DNA of 64,000 bases, from the sequence record MK817115.1. One strand, 5' to 3'. Below are positions 1 to 10,594 of this stretch, one piece after another (the first letter of the stretch is position 1; every line of letters begins with the position of its first letter). The position numbers were made by a program, and so were the translations under genes. The notes under the pieces are model-generated. The model saw only the letters and a list, made by a program, of their open reading frames with translations. It had not been told where the DNA came from and made no database searches. Source of the stretch: Escherichia phage vB_EcoM_phAPEC6.

Positions 1-82
1 TGTTCAAGTACTGAATACTTTTTAAAATTAAGAAAATCTGAAATATCTAACATATACAATCCTCATAAATTTAGACAAAAAA

Positions 83-214
83 TTAGTCGAGAATAAATCT
101 CGACTTGTGTTTTACTTTACCATTTTTCATTTCTTTTTTACGATCCACATGTGTGTGAGGCTTGTTAAACTCATTCATGTGTTTCTGTACGAAATTGTTT
201 ACTTTCTTAGCCAT
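83..214 (-). CDS. small basic protein (43 aa), hypothetical
   Basis: ATG preceded by GGAG SD 6 nt after stop of gene 217..690; translation MAKKVNNFVQKHMNEF...; below ORF-track size cutoff. Confidence 0.3.
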   Translation of the reverse strand: MAKKVNNFVQKHMNEFNKPHTHVDRKKEMKNGKVKHKSRFILD

Positions 215-216
215 AC

Positions 217-690
217 TTACTCCAAACTGGGATCTTTAACTGTTAGACTTTCTATGTCACTCGCATAAAGAACTACATTGGATTGATTTTCAGACACTTT
301 AAAGTCGTGATAACTGTCTTTGACGATAAAATTATCTAATATAAACCCTTTACTACAGCACATCATAATTTTATCATCTTTGATTGTGTAGGTGTTTTTC
401 TTTTTACGTACTTCAGATTGTGGCGTAATACTATCGTTATTACGAATAACACAATCAATATATTGTTCATTTGTACTCATAGGCATACCCATGATAAACG
501 AGTTTTCAGTACTGATTGTTAGTATAAAAACGTTAGTATTTGGGTTGTGAAAAAAATCATGCATTGTCTTGCTACACAAAAATAGACATTGAATAATGTC
601 CTTCACATTAAACATTATATCATGAACTTTGAATGCGTCCAACTCTAAAATGTCATCAATTTTCCCATTTTCAACAGTTTTAATCTCCAT
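217..690 (-). CDS. hypothetical protein (157 aa)
   Basis: ORF track; same-strand tightly packed array; no family motif seen. Confidence 0.6.
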   Translation of the reverse strand: MEIKTVENGKIDDILELDAFKVHDIMFNVKDIIQCLFLCSKTMHDFFHNPNTNVFILTISTENSFIMGMPMSTNEQYIDCVIRNNDSITPQSEVRKKKNTYTIKDDKIMMCCSKGFILDNFIVKDSYHDFKVSENQSNVVLYASDIESLTVKDPSLE

Positions 691-732
691 GATCTATCCT
701 TGATCTTCTAATGCACTCCATGTGCGTTTTTA

Positions 733-1230
733 TTAAGTCACTGCATTATACTTCTCTATAGCATTAGTAATATTTAATATAGCTTCAGGAACCATTTCTT
801 TATTGTATTCACGTTTTAAATTTTCCATTTTCTTAATAATTTCCAAGAAAAATGGCAAAATGCATGAAGTATCTGTGAAATTACATGAGTACAAAGTACT
901 CATTTGAAATAATTCACCTGAATCAATATTAAGAGATTTGTATTCCTTAACAATGTTTTCGTTTGTATTGAAAATATGAAATACTGTTCCCATGTGATGA
1001 AGATATACACCATTCTCATTTTGAATATTGCATGGTGTGATTACAATAGCAGTGTTGTCAATATTATTTACTATTGATAAACGTAGACTATGTAAACCTA
1101 AAATAACAGTACAATCACTTGAACTGCTTTGAATTTGGTCAGCAGTTTGTGTAACACTTGTAATATTTTCCCCATCAAGACAACTCTTGATTTTATCAAA
1201 TGAATTTTTCATTGATTTAGTTAGATACAT
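733..1230 (-). CDS. family A paralog (ExxxFQxS motif protein)
   Basis: ORF track 165 aa; motif SGELFQMSTLY. Confidence 0.7.
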   Translation of the reverse strand: MYLTKSMKNSFDKIKSCLDGENITSVTQTADQIQSSSSDCTVILGLHSLRLSIVNNIDNTAIVITPCNIQNENGVYLHHMGTVFHIFNTNENIVKEYKSLNIDSGELFQMSTLYSCNFTDTSCILPFFLEIIKKMENLKREYNKEMVPEAILNITNAIEKYNAVT

Positions 1231-1634
1231 TTATGAACACCTTCGAAATATTTGATTAATGATTTTATCTTATCGCTACTAATGCCATGTAAGTCAACAC
1301 CTAAACACTCGTATTGAAAAAAATCAATATCCTCAAGCGTGTTTAGATCAATTTCCACCTTATCATGACCCAACGAATTCATAATAACGTTTTTATCATT
1401 AATTGTCAAGAAAGTTTTTTTATCTGAACCTAAAAAGATTTTTACGTGTTTTTTTGGCATTACATCATAAGATAAAGATTGTGAACCATAAATGTATATG
1501 CCTTCCATTGAACCAATATCTATAAAATATAGACGAATCCCTTTGTGGTATTTTGACTCCTTAGTGATCGCCTCTATTAGTTCATCTGTGGTTGTTAACC
1601 TTGTTTCTTTCTTCTCTAAATTGCTCAAATGCAT
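1221..1634 (-). CDS. family A-like paralog
   Basis: ORF track 137 aa; motif EDIDFFQYECLGV; start may be internal Met. Confidence 0.6.
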   Translation of the reverse strand: MHLSNLEKKETRLTTTDELIEAITKESKYHKGIRLYFIDIGSMEGIYIYGSQSLSYDVMPKKHVKIFLGSDKKTFLTINDKNVIMNSLGHDKVEIDLNTLEDIDFFQYECLGVDLHGISSDKIKSLIKYFEGVHKCI

Positions 1635-2055
1635 AAAATAATACCTTGATCATTTGTAATGTTTCTGACATTACATCAGCAGAAAATTGAACATCAGTGT
1701 ATTTTACCATAGTACTTTGAGTAAAGAAAGTAGCTTCAATATCATCAAGGTCAAATGGTTCATCAAATAAATTAGTACTGAACATATCAGTTTTTTTCTT
1801 ATAAGTCAACATAAACTTAGCACTGTATCTCAATACAATTTCATCTTTACTTACTAAAATTCGTGCAATGTTCTGTCTACCCAGTGTTGTAATGTTAACA
1901 TTAAACGTATTCTTTCGTGCCTCAACAATATCAACGAAATAACCATCACCTTGGTAAACGTTATGACGAACTTCTAATCCTTGTTGAACTGTATTGAACA
2001 GTGCGTCCTGGATAAAATAATTTGCAGTATCGATGTTTCCTAAAATATCTAACAT
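1582..2055 (-). CDS. family A-like paralog
   Basis: ORF track 157 aa; variant motif EATFFTQSTMV. Confidence 0.6.
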   Translation of the reverse strand: MLDILGNIDTANYFIQDALFNTVQQGLEVRHNVYQGDGYFVDIVEARKNTFNVNITTLGRQNIARILVSKDEIVLRYSAKFMLTYKKKTDMFSTNLFDEPFDLDDIEATFFTQSTMVKYTDVQFSADVMSETLQMIKVLFYAFEQFREERNKVNNHR

Positions 2056-2585
2056 AACTTCTCCTTTATAGCTGTCATATTTAGAAGAAATTCAGTAAGC
2101 AATTCCTCCGTAACATGCTCTGTATACCAGAATATCACAATATCTTTTGAAAGTCGTGTATTCATAAAAATATCTACTAACTCTTTGTAGTACTCTAGCG
2201 TTTCGAGATTTGTGAGAATTAACGAGTACTGAAAGAGTAATTCTTCAGTTAGATTAAATTCTGGATAAAGTAAATCATTGAACTCATGTGATGCAGTTTG
2301 AACTTGAATTCGGTCAAAGTTATTGGTTATACAACCGGAATAAATATTTCGGTGCAACTCTCTGTACAACGCAGCATAATCTATGAATTTTGCTTTAGGG
2401 TTAAAATCAAGAACACTTTCACCTTTATATGACAATCGGTGGAACGCCGAGAACATAGTCACTTCCCACGGTTGCCTAATATCTAGCTCAGTGATATCAA
2501 TATTATTGGACAGAAGAACCGTAAAAATCTCACCAATCTTTAATAGTAATTTTGTACGTGCCAGTGCTACCATCGGGTCAGTCAT
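2049..2585 (-). CDS. family A paralog
   Basis: ORF track 178 aa; motif EELLFQYSLIL. Confidence 0.7.
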   Translation of the reverse strand: MTDPMVALARTKLLLKIGEIFTVLLSNNIDITELDIRQPWEVTMFSAFHRLSYKGESVLDFNPKAKFIDYAALYRELHRNIYSGCITNNFDRIQVQTASHEFNDLLYPEFNLTEELLFQYSLILTNLETLEYYKELVDIFMNTRLSKDIVIFWYTEHVTEELLTEFLLNMTAIKEKLC

Positions 2586-2998
2586 TATACACCTTCATAT
2601 TCATCAAGAAAATCTTCGATAATCATTTCAGCTTCATCCATATGCATAGCATCAACTTCAATGATGCGAACTTTAGATGCATCCCAAATCATATAACTAG
2701 GAACATTATCAGGCTCGTAGTCATTTTTGTACTGAACAGCATCGTAACCTTTCGAAATACAATGTTCAATTAGTGCACGCCACTCATCATCACTACCTAA
2801 ATCTTCACACAGAAGCACGTTATCAACATCAACTTCTAAGGTATGCAAGTATACTGTACATGCGTCTACTACGTTCAGTGGGCTTCTCAGCTTGCGTAAG
2901 GCAGCTTCCAAAGCACTGTGTTTGCCTCCCATATGAAGTCCACCATACGGGATATAAAAGTTATCAATTTTTACAGTACTCGCATGATACAGTTTCAT
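2585..2998 (-). CDS. hypothetical protein (137 aa), not family A
   Basis: ORF track; acidic C-terminus; no recognisable motif. Confidence 0.6.
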   Translation of the reverse strand: MKLYHASTVKIDNFYIPYGGLHMGGKHSALEAALRKLRSPLNVVDACTVYLHTLEVDVDNVLLCEDLGSDDEWRALIEHCISKGYDAVQYKNDYEPDNVPSYMIWDASKVRIIEVDAMHMDEAEMIIEDFLDEYEGV

Positions 2999-3007
2999 AT
3001 TTCATTC

Positions 3008-3592
3008 CTATTTCAGTACTTTAGTCAATGCTTTCACAGCGGTTTCGAGTTGAGCATAGTCGTTAATTGTAAGGTAATGAATACCATGTGCATTCATTTC
3101 AGCATCTATTTTATTATATAAATCAAACATGTCAAGGATATGATTGTATGCATATGAAGTATTTGAAACACACAATTCTTGGAACAAACGTTCTTCCAAG
3201 TCATTCACAACTTCTCCATGAATATCAAGTACTACACCATCTTTGTAAGTGTAGTACTCTTCACTCCACTCTTCAGAAAGTCGGAACAGTAACGGATTCC
3301 CGCCGAACACTTCCATGTCATAGGAATTTATCTCACTAAGTAGTGTTTCACCTGGTTCTGGTGTGAAGTCAAAATATGCGAGTGTTGTACCATCATAGTC
3401 CTTGAGTGATATACCAGTATGATTTAAGGTTACTTCACCATAATTATTATTCTTGAACTTGATTTTGATATTAATCTCAATGTATTTTATTGTCTCATCA
3501 TCACTGAAATTGTAATCAATTTTATACTTTTTCCAAAGAAGTTTGATATCTTTGAAGTACTTTAATTTACTTTCAATTTCTTTAAAGTCCAT
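3008..3592 (-). CDS. family A-like paralog
   Basis: ORF track 194 aa; motif EERLFQELCVSN. Confidence 0.6.
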   Translation of the reverse strand: MDFKEIESKLKYFKDIKLLWKKYKIDYNFSDDETIKYIEINIKIKFKNNNYGEVTLNHTGISLKDYDGTTLAYFDFTPEPGETLLSEINSYDMEVFGGNPLLFRLSEEWSEEYYTYKDGVVLDIHGEVVNDLEERLFQELCVSNTSYAYNHILDMFDLYNKIDAEMNAHGIHYLTINDYAQLETAVKALTKVLK

Positions 3593-4184
3593 CTGGAACC
3601 ACCATTTCTTGAATGTGCTTACATTTTATATTTGCCATATTGGTATGTAATATAATGCTGTGTTTACGCAATGATTTTACTTTGTAGCACTCATTGAGTA
3701 CCGAAATAATTCCCCATAACTCTTCTACACTAATAGTGATAGGTTCACTTGTACTCAGTTGCATCAGTGCTGCTTGAACATCATCTTTGTTATTAATAGT
3801 GAACTGGATTCCTCTTTTGAGAATTTTAGTTTTTGGATTGTACTCAGCTAATACATCACCTTCTGGATAACCCTCATGAAGTAATAATGTTGTTTCAAAA
3901 TCACCGCAGTTGAAGTTAATTTCATCATAATCAGGTACACAAATGTTCCCTTCCCCGTACTCATTAGGTTCAGATTCTAGTGTTAAAATACGCTGAGTCT
4001 CATTGCTCAGGATGATAGAATCATTCCAGTACTGGGTAGTGAATGCTCTACGTTTCTTTTGAAAGCACATACTCGACATTGACCCATACTTCTTGTATAT
4101 GGACTTCTTGAACTCAATAGCAGCAGGAGCCACCTTGATAACTTCACGAATTAAGTCAATAGCTTCTTGATAACTTTTTCTCAT
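3582..4184 (-). CDS. hypothetical protein (200 aa)
   Basis: ORF track; packed in array. Confidence 0.6.
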   Translation of the reverse strand: MRKSYQEAIDLIREVIKVAPAAIEFKKSIYKKYGSMSSMCFQKKRRAFTTQYWNDSIILSNETQRILTLESEPNEYGEGNICVPDYDEINFNCGDFETTLLLHEGYPEGDVLAEYNPKTKILKRGIQFTINNKDDVQAALMQLSTSEPITISVEELWGIISVLNECYKVKSLRKHSIILHTNMANIKCKHIQEMVVPDGL

Positions 4185-4732
4185 TTATCGTATCCATATA
4201 AAATATGATCTAGTGTACTTTGGACTTCTTCATGAAAGAATGAAGGGTAAACTTGTATTAATTTATCTTTAAGTTCAAGGGAATGGCATAGTTCTAATGT
4301 TTTGTAACAATCCTCGTACTGTGCCAGATCATGTAATGTACTTAACTGAAAATGTTGTTCTTCGGAGTACAATAAATCATAAACCATATTATCGGATAAA
4401 AGATTAGATTTGATTGAAGGATCAAGTACTGTCTGGTGGTGACCAACCCAAAAGATAGCTTTTGAGTTAATGTTATTACAACCCCATCCTTTCCCCATCT
4501 TTTGGTGAATAGCAAATACACAGGAATCATACAAATTAATGCTCAGACGTTCTTCGTCTGCATGGATAGTTACACCATCAATAGATAGTGTATATTTGAA
4601 ATCCATAGCCCCCTCACTTCGTGCACGAGAACTAAAGACCAGATATCGATGAATTATGGTATTGATTTTATCTGTCCATCCATCAACACATTTGGATGCA
4701 CATAATGTAAAAAGATCATGATTGTAGTTCAT
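4181..4732 (-). CDS. family A paralog
   Basis: ORF track 183 aa; motif EEQHFQLSTLHD. Confidence 0.7.
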   Translation of the reverse strand: MNYNHDLFTLCASKCVDGWTDKINTIIHRYLVFSSRARSEGAMDFKYTLSIDGVTIHADEERLSINLYDSCVFAIHQKMGKGWGCNNINSKAIFWVGHHQTVLDPSIKSNLLSDNMVYDLLYSEEQHFQLSTLHDLAQYEDCYKTLELCHSLELKDKLIQVYPSFFHEEVQSTLDHILYGYDK

Positions 4733-4793
4733 AAAATTCTCCTTTAGGACAATGTATCATACAAAAATACCAGAGTCAACCCCTGGTACGAAT

Positions 4794-5375
4794 TTAATCC
4801 ATCATAAGTGGGATAATTGCCCATATCTTTTTCATAATCATATCTTCAGTAAAAACAAATGTTTTAGGAGCAGTATATGATATTGACACACCAAATGGAA
4901 GTTTGATTGCATCATCAATTATATTATGAATATCAAACCATGTTTTAACATAATCATACGGTGGAAGTTCATGAATTGTACTTAACTGAAAGTAATTCTC
5001 TTCACCAAAATCACTATATTCAATTTCACAAATTTTAGTGAATTGATGATTCCATTTAGATATAATACTATTTTTATTATTGTACATAGTAGTTCTATGC
5101 ATAAAACCATTTTTGCTAGTATGATTTGATATTACGTTTTCTTCAATGTCAGTATCTATTTTAAAATTCATATCAAAGTTGTAGTACGGACTTGACGATT
5201 CTTTGAATTTTAAATGTAAATTGCGATTGTTATTAATTTCAATTTCAATACAAAACACATCTGAATCAAAACGATTAAACTTGTAATCGTTATCTTCCGG
5301 TAGATTCTGTATTTTTTTCATAATACTAAGCATAGGGTGTACTACACTTTTAATAAAATCATTTGTTATTTTCAT
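4794..5375 (-). CDS. family A paralog
   Basis: ORF track 193 aa; motif EENYFQLSTIHE. Confidence 0.7.
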   Translation of the reverse strand: MKITNDFIKSVVHPMLSIMKKIQNLPEDNDYKFNRFDSDVFCIEIEINNNRNLHLKFKESSSPYYNFDMNFKIDTDIEENVISNHTSKNGFMHRTTMYNNKNSIISKWNHQFTKICEIEYSDFGEENYFQLSTIHELPPYDYVKTWFDIHNIIDDAIKLPFGVSISYTAPKTFVFTEDMIMKKIWAIIPLMMD

Positions 5376-5868
5376 AGTATTCCTTTAGAACTTTATATGA
5401 TTCAACAATACTATCTTGTGTATAATTTGAACTATATACAACAGCACTTGTTTTAGTTGACCATAGATATGACATAAAGGTTATAACACTACTACATGGA
5501 CTTAATGTATTGTTTTGAAATTCAATTTCTTCAATGTTATCAGTACTGGTATAGATGAATTGGAAAGTACCCATTGATTTATTGGACAGCGATACTATAG
5601 TAGAATCCGTACCAGGACTATACATGAATGTCTCATTACTAATTGAACTATCATTAGTATATGATGGTTTGGGAATATAAATCAAACGCATGATATCGCG
5701 TTCAAGACCTGACTTATTACTTTCCACCAAAGAAATCATATCTATATTTGATATATGTTCAACACTGACATGGAACTTTTTGTCGAGAATCACATCTCCA
5801 TGAGAATTTTTATATGAAGACAAAATCTCATACATCTCAACTAATTCGCGTGCATTTAATAAACTCAT
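5359..5868 (-). CDS. family A-like paralog
   Basis: ORF track 169 aa; motif EEIEFQNNTLSP. Confidence 0.6.
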   Translation of the reverse strand: MSLLNARELVEMYEILSSYKNSHGDVILDKKFHVSVEHISNIDMISLVESNKSGLERDIMRLIYIPKPSYTNDSSISNETFMYSPGTDSTIVSLSNKSMGTFQFIYTSTDNIEEIEFQNNTLSPCSSVITFMSYLWSTKTSAVVYSSNYTQDSIVESYKVLKEYYENNK

Positions 5869-6293
5869 GTTTTGTCTCTTAATGAAAGAATATCCTTAGT
5901 ATAAACTGAAACAGAAATATGATTATATTTCATCATTAATTTATACACATAAGAAGCTAGTACTAAATCGTAAATTAATTTAGTATTATACAGTACTTGG
6001 TATTGTAACGCAAGTGAATCAATATCATCTTTACTTTCAATATCCAGAAATGTACCGAAAAATGTAGTACCGTAGAGATGAAAAGTGGAATTAATGCAAT
6101 CAATGCATTCATTGTCCAATAGAGTAGATGCTGATGCCCTCGGTGAATCCCAAATAGTCACTGCGTGTATGCCCTCAACGAACAAATCTATCCATATTTT
6201 GTGTCGTTGTCTTTTTTTTGTTTTATAATTTTCTGGATTTGAAAGTGTAGTTTCAATTATATCCCATATGTACAAACAATCATCTCTTGTCAT
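5865..6293 (-). CDS. hypothetical protein (142 aa)
   Basis: ORF track; 4-nt overlap with neighbours. Confidence 0.6.
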   Translation of the reverse strand: MTRDDCLYIWDIIETTLSNPENYKTKKRQRHKIWIDLFVEGIHAVTIWDSPRASASTLLDNECIDCINSTFHLYGTTFFGTFLDIESKDDIDSLALQYQVLYNTKLIYDLVLASYVYKLMMKYNHISVSVYTKDILSLRDKT

Positions 6294-6871
6294 TGTAGCA
6301 CCTTATCCATTGCTGCATTTAATGCTTTTAAACGATCAACATTCAAAGTATTGAAGATGTACGTTCCTAAAATGTGGAAATCGAATTGGTTCTTTTTGTA
6401 TGTATGATAAATTAAACTACAAAAAACAACAGTACTAAGAACCTCTTCAGGTATAACAGTGCTCATCTGGAACAGTTCTTCTTCAACTGTACTTGAATCT
6501 GGATTGATAGCTTTTAACACATACTCTTCATCACCGAATAGTACTTTAATATTATATAAAACACCAATAGTACTAATATGGAATGGGTGATGTGAAAAAC
6601 TTCCATCATCCTTAATTTGTATATCGGTTCTAATCTCACACTCTTCATTACTTTTACTTTTATTTTTTACAATACAAATATTTCTGGCCCCAGAAATAGT
6701 AAGAATACCGTGGTCGTAATATTCATTTGACCAACATTTAGATGAAATTGATACATCACGGATGAGATATTGTTTTTCAATTTCTTTCGCACTACCAACA
6801 ATTGATAGCATTTTTTTACTGATATCATATAATAACTGATGGCGTTCTGTCATATAACTATAAGCGTTCAT
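6290..6871 (-). CDS. family A paralog
   Basis: ORF track 193 aa; motif EEELFQMSTVIP. Confidence 0.7.
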   Translation of the reverse strand: MNAYSYMTERHQLLYDISKKMLSIVGSAKEIEKQYLIRDVSISSKCWSNEYYDHGILTISGARNICIVKNKSKSNEECEIRTDIQIKDDGSFSHHPFHISTIGVLYNIKVLFGDEEYVLKAINPDSSTVEEELFQMSTVIPEEVLSTVVFCSLIYHTYKKNQFDFHILGTYIFNTLNVDRLKALNAAMDKVLQ

Positions 6872-7442
6872 ATTTTTCCTTAACAGATTCTATATTTTGA
6901 AGTAGTGTATTCAGAACATCAGTCTTGCAATTGATAAAATCATTGTACATAACTAGTTCACCACAATCAAGAATTTTTGCAGTATCGTAACAAAGCATTA
7001 AGTACTCGAATTCTTTGTAATTGTCCAACAAGGATTTCTGGAAAATGAATGCATCTCGAATATCTTCACTTTGGTCTAATTCTGGTGGAACATCCAACCC
7101 AATAAATCCATCATCTTCACTGAAATTAGATTCTACAATTTTATTCATTTTTTCATGTAATGCATTCGCAAATACCATATTAGAAGAAATAGAACCAATA
7201 CGTTCACGATTTCTGGATGTGCGAATGTACATAGTAATCGTATCCCATGAACTTTTAATTTTTTTAGAAAATTCATAAGTTTTATATACATCCAACTGAA
7301 CTGATCCAAAACGATGTTTGGATTTGTTTTCAATTTTCAGTCGATAATCATCAAATTCAACAATTTCTGTAATGTCATGAATCTCTGAAAGTTCTGCAAT
7401 GTCATGCATGAGTCTCAAAATTTTAGTTCTGATATGGTTCAT
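6858..7442 (-). CDS. family A-like paralog
   Basis: ORF track 194 aa; motif DAFIFQKSLLDN. Confidence 0.65.
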   Translation of the reverse strand: MNHIRTKILRLMHDIAELSEIHDITEIVEFDDYRLKIENKSKHRFGSVQLDVYKTYEFSKKIKSSWDTITMYIRTSRNRERIGSISSNMVFANALHEKMNKIVESNFSEDDGFIGLDVPPELDQSEDIRDAFIFQKSLLDNYKEFEYLMLCYDTAKILDCGELVMYNDFINCKTDVLNTLLQNIESVKEKYERL

Positions 7443-8017
7443 TGTGCATCCTCGAATTTAACAGGTACATGTTCATTAATGAAATTCTTAAGAGCCTGTA
7501 CTAAATCCTCTAATTCTTTTGTACTGTATTTTAAAATAGTTTTAAAGTGAATCAAATCTTTTCTTTCCATGATCTTTGGAATTTTATATGCTAACTCTAA
7601 ACAGCGTACAGTACTGGCATCATACAAAAGGTTTGCGTTGAACATTAGAACATTGTATTCATCAGATGAAATTTTATAATTATATGTATCAATCACTTCA
7701 TGTGTGTATAAATTCTTATACACAATTTTATTCTCACTGAAGTTTGAGCAAACACACAGATGATCGTTGTAAAATGAAGAACGATAATCTTGTTTACGTT
7801 GTACATCTGCTATGATTTGTAATACTGTATATTTTTCTTCAGAATCCAACTCAATGTTAGCATAACTGCTCGCAGTTTCAGATACAAGGATATTGATGTT
7901 ATATTTCTCATTAACTTTAATGTACTGGCGTGAGCCAGTATCAGGAATGAACTTAAAACAATGCTTCAGAAGTAATGTGACTTCTTTAATTAATTCAGTA
8001 CTCATAGATTCCTCCAA
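7439..8017 (-). CDS. family A-like paralog (divergent)
   Basis: ORF track 192 aa; degenerate motif NVLMFNANLLYD. Confidence 0.55.
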   Translation of the reverse strand: MEESMSTELIKEVTLLLKHCFKFIPDTGSRQYIKVNEKYNINILVSETASSYANIELDSEEKYTVLQIIADVQRKQDYRSSFYNDHLCVCSNFSENKIVYKNLYTHEVIDTYNYKISSDEYNVLMFNANLLYDASTVRCLELAYKIPKIMERKDLIHFKTILKYSTKELEDLVQALKNFINEHVPVKFEDAQ

Positions 8018-8071
8018 CTCTAGTTAAAATCAAGTATAACACACCTGAATGCTCTTGTAAAGCCATAAACA

Positions 8072-8092
8072 CAAAAAGACCCATACGGGTCT
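8072..8092 (-). terminator. intrinsic terminator
   Basis: hairpin AGACCC-atac-GGGTCT directly after stop of 8093..8659, followed by T-run on minus strand (A-run 8072-8076 on plus); T-run also on plus side. Confidence 0.5.
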
Positions 8093-8659
8093 TTATTTTG
8101 GTAAAACACTGTCAATGTACGCTAGAACCTCATCTCGAAGGTACGTTCCATCTATAGTTAGGTAATAGTTCATGGGAATATCACTCCCAACCTTCTCATA
8201 AATTTTCATACATGATATCACATCTTCATCACAAATGGTACTCAATTGAAAAAGAACTTCATCGGTTAACGGTACGATATCATGTTTAGATAGGGGATTT
8301 GTATTTTCATTCAACACAATATTAATCAAGTTAGGAGTATTCTTTGACGAAATATAACGATGCTTACTACGAATTACCATTCTCGATAGTGAAATACTGG
8401 AACTCCATCTTGGATCAACATCTTCATATGATAACGATATTAACATCTCGTGAAAATCTTGAAATTTCATTGACGCATAATATGTTTTATCCTCACCGTA
8501 CATACCAAATGATTTAAATTCAATATCCCCCACTTTGTATGTATCGACATCATTATTTGAGAACTTTATTAAACTATTAATTAGTCTAATTAGAATATCA
8601 TCTTTATCCATTCTTAAATAACTCCAAGTGCATGTCGTATAAATCTCTGAAGTCTTCAT
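8093..8659 (-). CDS. family A paralog
   Basis: ORF track 188 aa; motif DEVLFQLSTICD. Confidence 0.7.
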   Translation of the reverse strand: MKTSEIYTTCTWSYLRMDKDDILIRLINSLIKFSNNDVDTYKVGDIEFKSFGMYGEDKTYYASMKFQDFHEMLISLSYEDVDPRWSSSISLSRMVIRSKHRYISSKNTPNLINIVLNENTNPLSKHDIVPLTDEVLFQLSTICDEDVISCMKIYEKVGSDIPMNYYLTIDGTYLRDEVLAYIDSVLPK

Positions 8660-9167
8660 AGAAATCTTTTTCTACCAGAATATCCTTTAAACTAGGAAAC
8701 TCTTCCATAATTTCTTCTATATCCGATTCTATGAAAAACCCTGATGGTTTATCGTAGTTTTGTAACAGATAACTGAAAGTAATAATGTAAAGAAGTTCAT
8801 TAGGATTGTGAATTAAACTTAGCTGGAACATAGCTGATTCTAAATCGGATTCAGTACTAAGATCAACCCAACGTGAATTTCTATAATCAATTCGTACTTG
8901 ACTTGTATTTGGATTCCATGTGAAGCAATGTGTACCAATATGACCTATACAACCAACCCTTGTACTGTCTCCGGTATCAACACTGATATCAACAAATAGT
9001 TCAACACAGATATCGGATGATGTTACACGACCTTTTTTCAGAAATAAATCATTATCCTTACGAAATTGTTTGGATGAAAGAGTGTCAATGATGCACATCA
9101 ATGTTTTTGCAAATGCAACACAATGACGAAATTCAAGCCTATGAAATTGGTAATCATTGATATTCAT
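8604..9167 (-). CDS. family A paralog
   Basis: ORF track 187 aa; motif ESAMFQLSLIHN. Confidence 0.7.
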   Translation of the reverse strand: MNINDYQFHRLEFRHCVAFAKTLMCIIDTLSSKQFRKDNDLFLKKGRVTSSDICVELFVDISVDTGDSTRVGCIGHIGTHCFTWNPNTSQVRIDYRNSRWVDLSTESDLESAMFQLSLIHNPNELLYIITFSYLLQNYDKPSGFFIESDIEEIMEEFPSLKDILVEKDFYEDFRDLYDMHLELFKNG

Positions 9168-9706
9168 AATTCAACCCCCAATATTTTATCAGCAATTGAT
9201 ATAACCTTATCATTGAATACATTACCAATCTCAATCCTTATATACATAGCAGGTGGAATCTTTCCTTGTAGTGAATAATATGTTTGTATACCTAAGTACT
9301 CATTATCTGATAATGAAAATTTGATTCTCTCCATATCAATGTCTGTTACTGGTAAATCAATCATTTCATAATGGTAGTCAACGTTTTCAGTGTATATTTT
9401 ATCGAAGTAATTTGAATAATCACTACTAATATAGATGCTATCATCACGAATAATCACTTTATAATCAGAAGGTTCAAATTTATCTTTAGAAGAAAAGAAT
9501 GCATCATCTATCTTCTCTTCTCTTATACCGAATAACATTTTACCATCATATTTTACATCAAGAATACTACCTAGTATATTAATGGTACAATGCTCATCAA
9601 TATTATGACGTAAAGAACGAGTCTTGTATTTTGGGTTAATGAAAATTTTCATTAATTTTATACAAATGTCAGTAATGCATTTTACATTCTCATTTTCTAT
9701 GTACAT
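9164..9706 (-). CDS. hypothetical protein (180 aa)
   Basis: ORF track; no family motif. Confidence 0.6.
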   Translation of the reverse strand: MYIENENVKCITDICIKLMKIFINPKYKTRSLRHNIDEHCTINILGSILDVKYDGKMLFGIREEKIDDAFFSSKDKFEPSDYKVIIRDDSIYISSDYSNYFDKIYTENVDYHYEMIDLPVTDIDMERIKFSLSDNEYLGIQTYYSLQGKIPPAMYIRIEIGNVFNDKVISIADKILGVEL

Positions 9707-10193
9707 TAAAAGCCCTCTTTAATTCTTTTACATTTTTAATGAATACTTTCATTGCAGAAATCTCAAAAGATAATGTATTAAATTTGCAGTACTTTTTAAA
9801 GTACGACATTATGAATAACATTTTGAGTTCTTTTTCTGTATAAATTAAACTGTTTTGAAAGTAACTTTCTTCGGAAATGTCCGTAAGAAAAGAATAAAAT
9901 GTATTTTGCTTGTGCACAATTTTAATACTATCAGACCAAGATTTGTATGAAACGTAATCAGTACGTGCAAAATCATATAGTGAATTAGATGTATCTGTGT
10001 ATGTTTCCGAGAACACAATCTTATATATCTTATCTTGAATTCGAGAACATATGTACCTATGGTCATCTGTCTCACTGATTGCAATGTATCTATGGAGTAA
10101 ATCTTTATGAGCATTGATGAACTCAAACACTTCTAAACACTCCTTAGCGAACTTCATAGTTTCTCTGTACTTTCGGTTCATTAGTCTCTCCAA
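9690..10193 (-). CDS. family A paralog
   Basis: ORF track 167 aa; motif EESYFQNSLIYT. Confidence 0.7.
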   Translation of the reverse strand: MERLMNRKYRETMKFAKECLEVFEFINAHKDLLHRYIAISETDDHRYICSRIQDKIYKIVFSETYTDTSNSLYDFARTDYVSYKSWSDSIKIVHKQNTFYSFLTDISEESYFQNSLIYTEKELKMLFIMSYFKKYCKFNTLSFEISAMKVFIKNVKELKRAFNVHRK

Positions 10194-10594
10194 ACTTTAC
10201 CAGGGAAGTGTTTCTCGTAGTACTCATCATCACTTAACATATAATCAGGAGTTTCTACTTCTATGGTTTTGAAGATTGTTTCTGGAATGTGTGTGACTTT
10301 ATTGGGTTGTACTTTATGTTCGCGTAAAACCTTCTGTATCGCTCCTAGACGTTGTAAATCGATACATGTAGGAAAGACTAAGCTGTACTGAAATAACTCA
10401 TCAGGGGTCATTATAGACACATCTTTAGCTTGTTTGATTTGATAATTAGTACTAATGAATATATCAAATCCTTGTACAGCATTATAGCTTACATAGGTTG
10501 TTTTATTTTTGTCAATAGGAGCACTTAAACGATATCCATATATCCCGTGTTGGTCAACAAGACAGCGTTGCATAATTTTAATCATTTCTAACAT
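10181..10594 (-). CDS. family A paralog
   Basis: ORF track 137 aa; motif PDELFQYSLVFP. Confidence 0.7.
   Translation of the reverse strand: MLEMIKIMQRCLVDQHGIYGYRLSAPIDKNKTTYVSYNAVQGFDIFISTNYQIKQAKDVSIMTPDELFQYSLVFPTCIDLQRLGAIQKVLREHKVQPNKVTHIPETIFKTIEVETPDYMLSDDEYYEKHFPGKVWRD

Noticed and set aside
2383-3339. Plus-strand ORFs from the track (2383..2622, 2552..2773, 2773..3024, 2918..3121, 3088..3339) and all similar plus-strand ORFs between 1 and 60 kb (e.g. 7021..7278, 10509..10736, 18375..18818, 38169..38636, 44030..44323, 48822..49109, 58095..58421)
   Set aside because: Each lies entirely inside or across strongly supported minus-strand genes, has no SD or promoter of its own, and shows no family motif. 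They are most likely shadow ORFs of AT-rich sequence.
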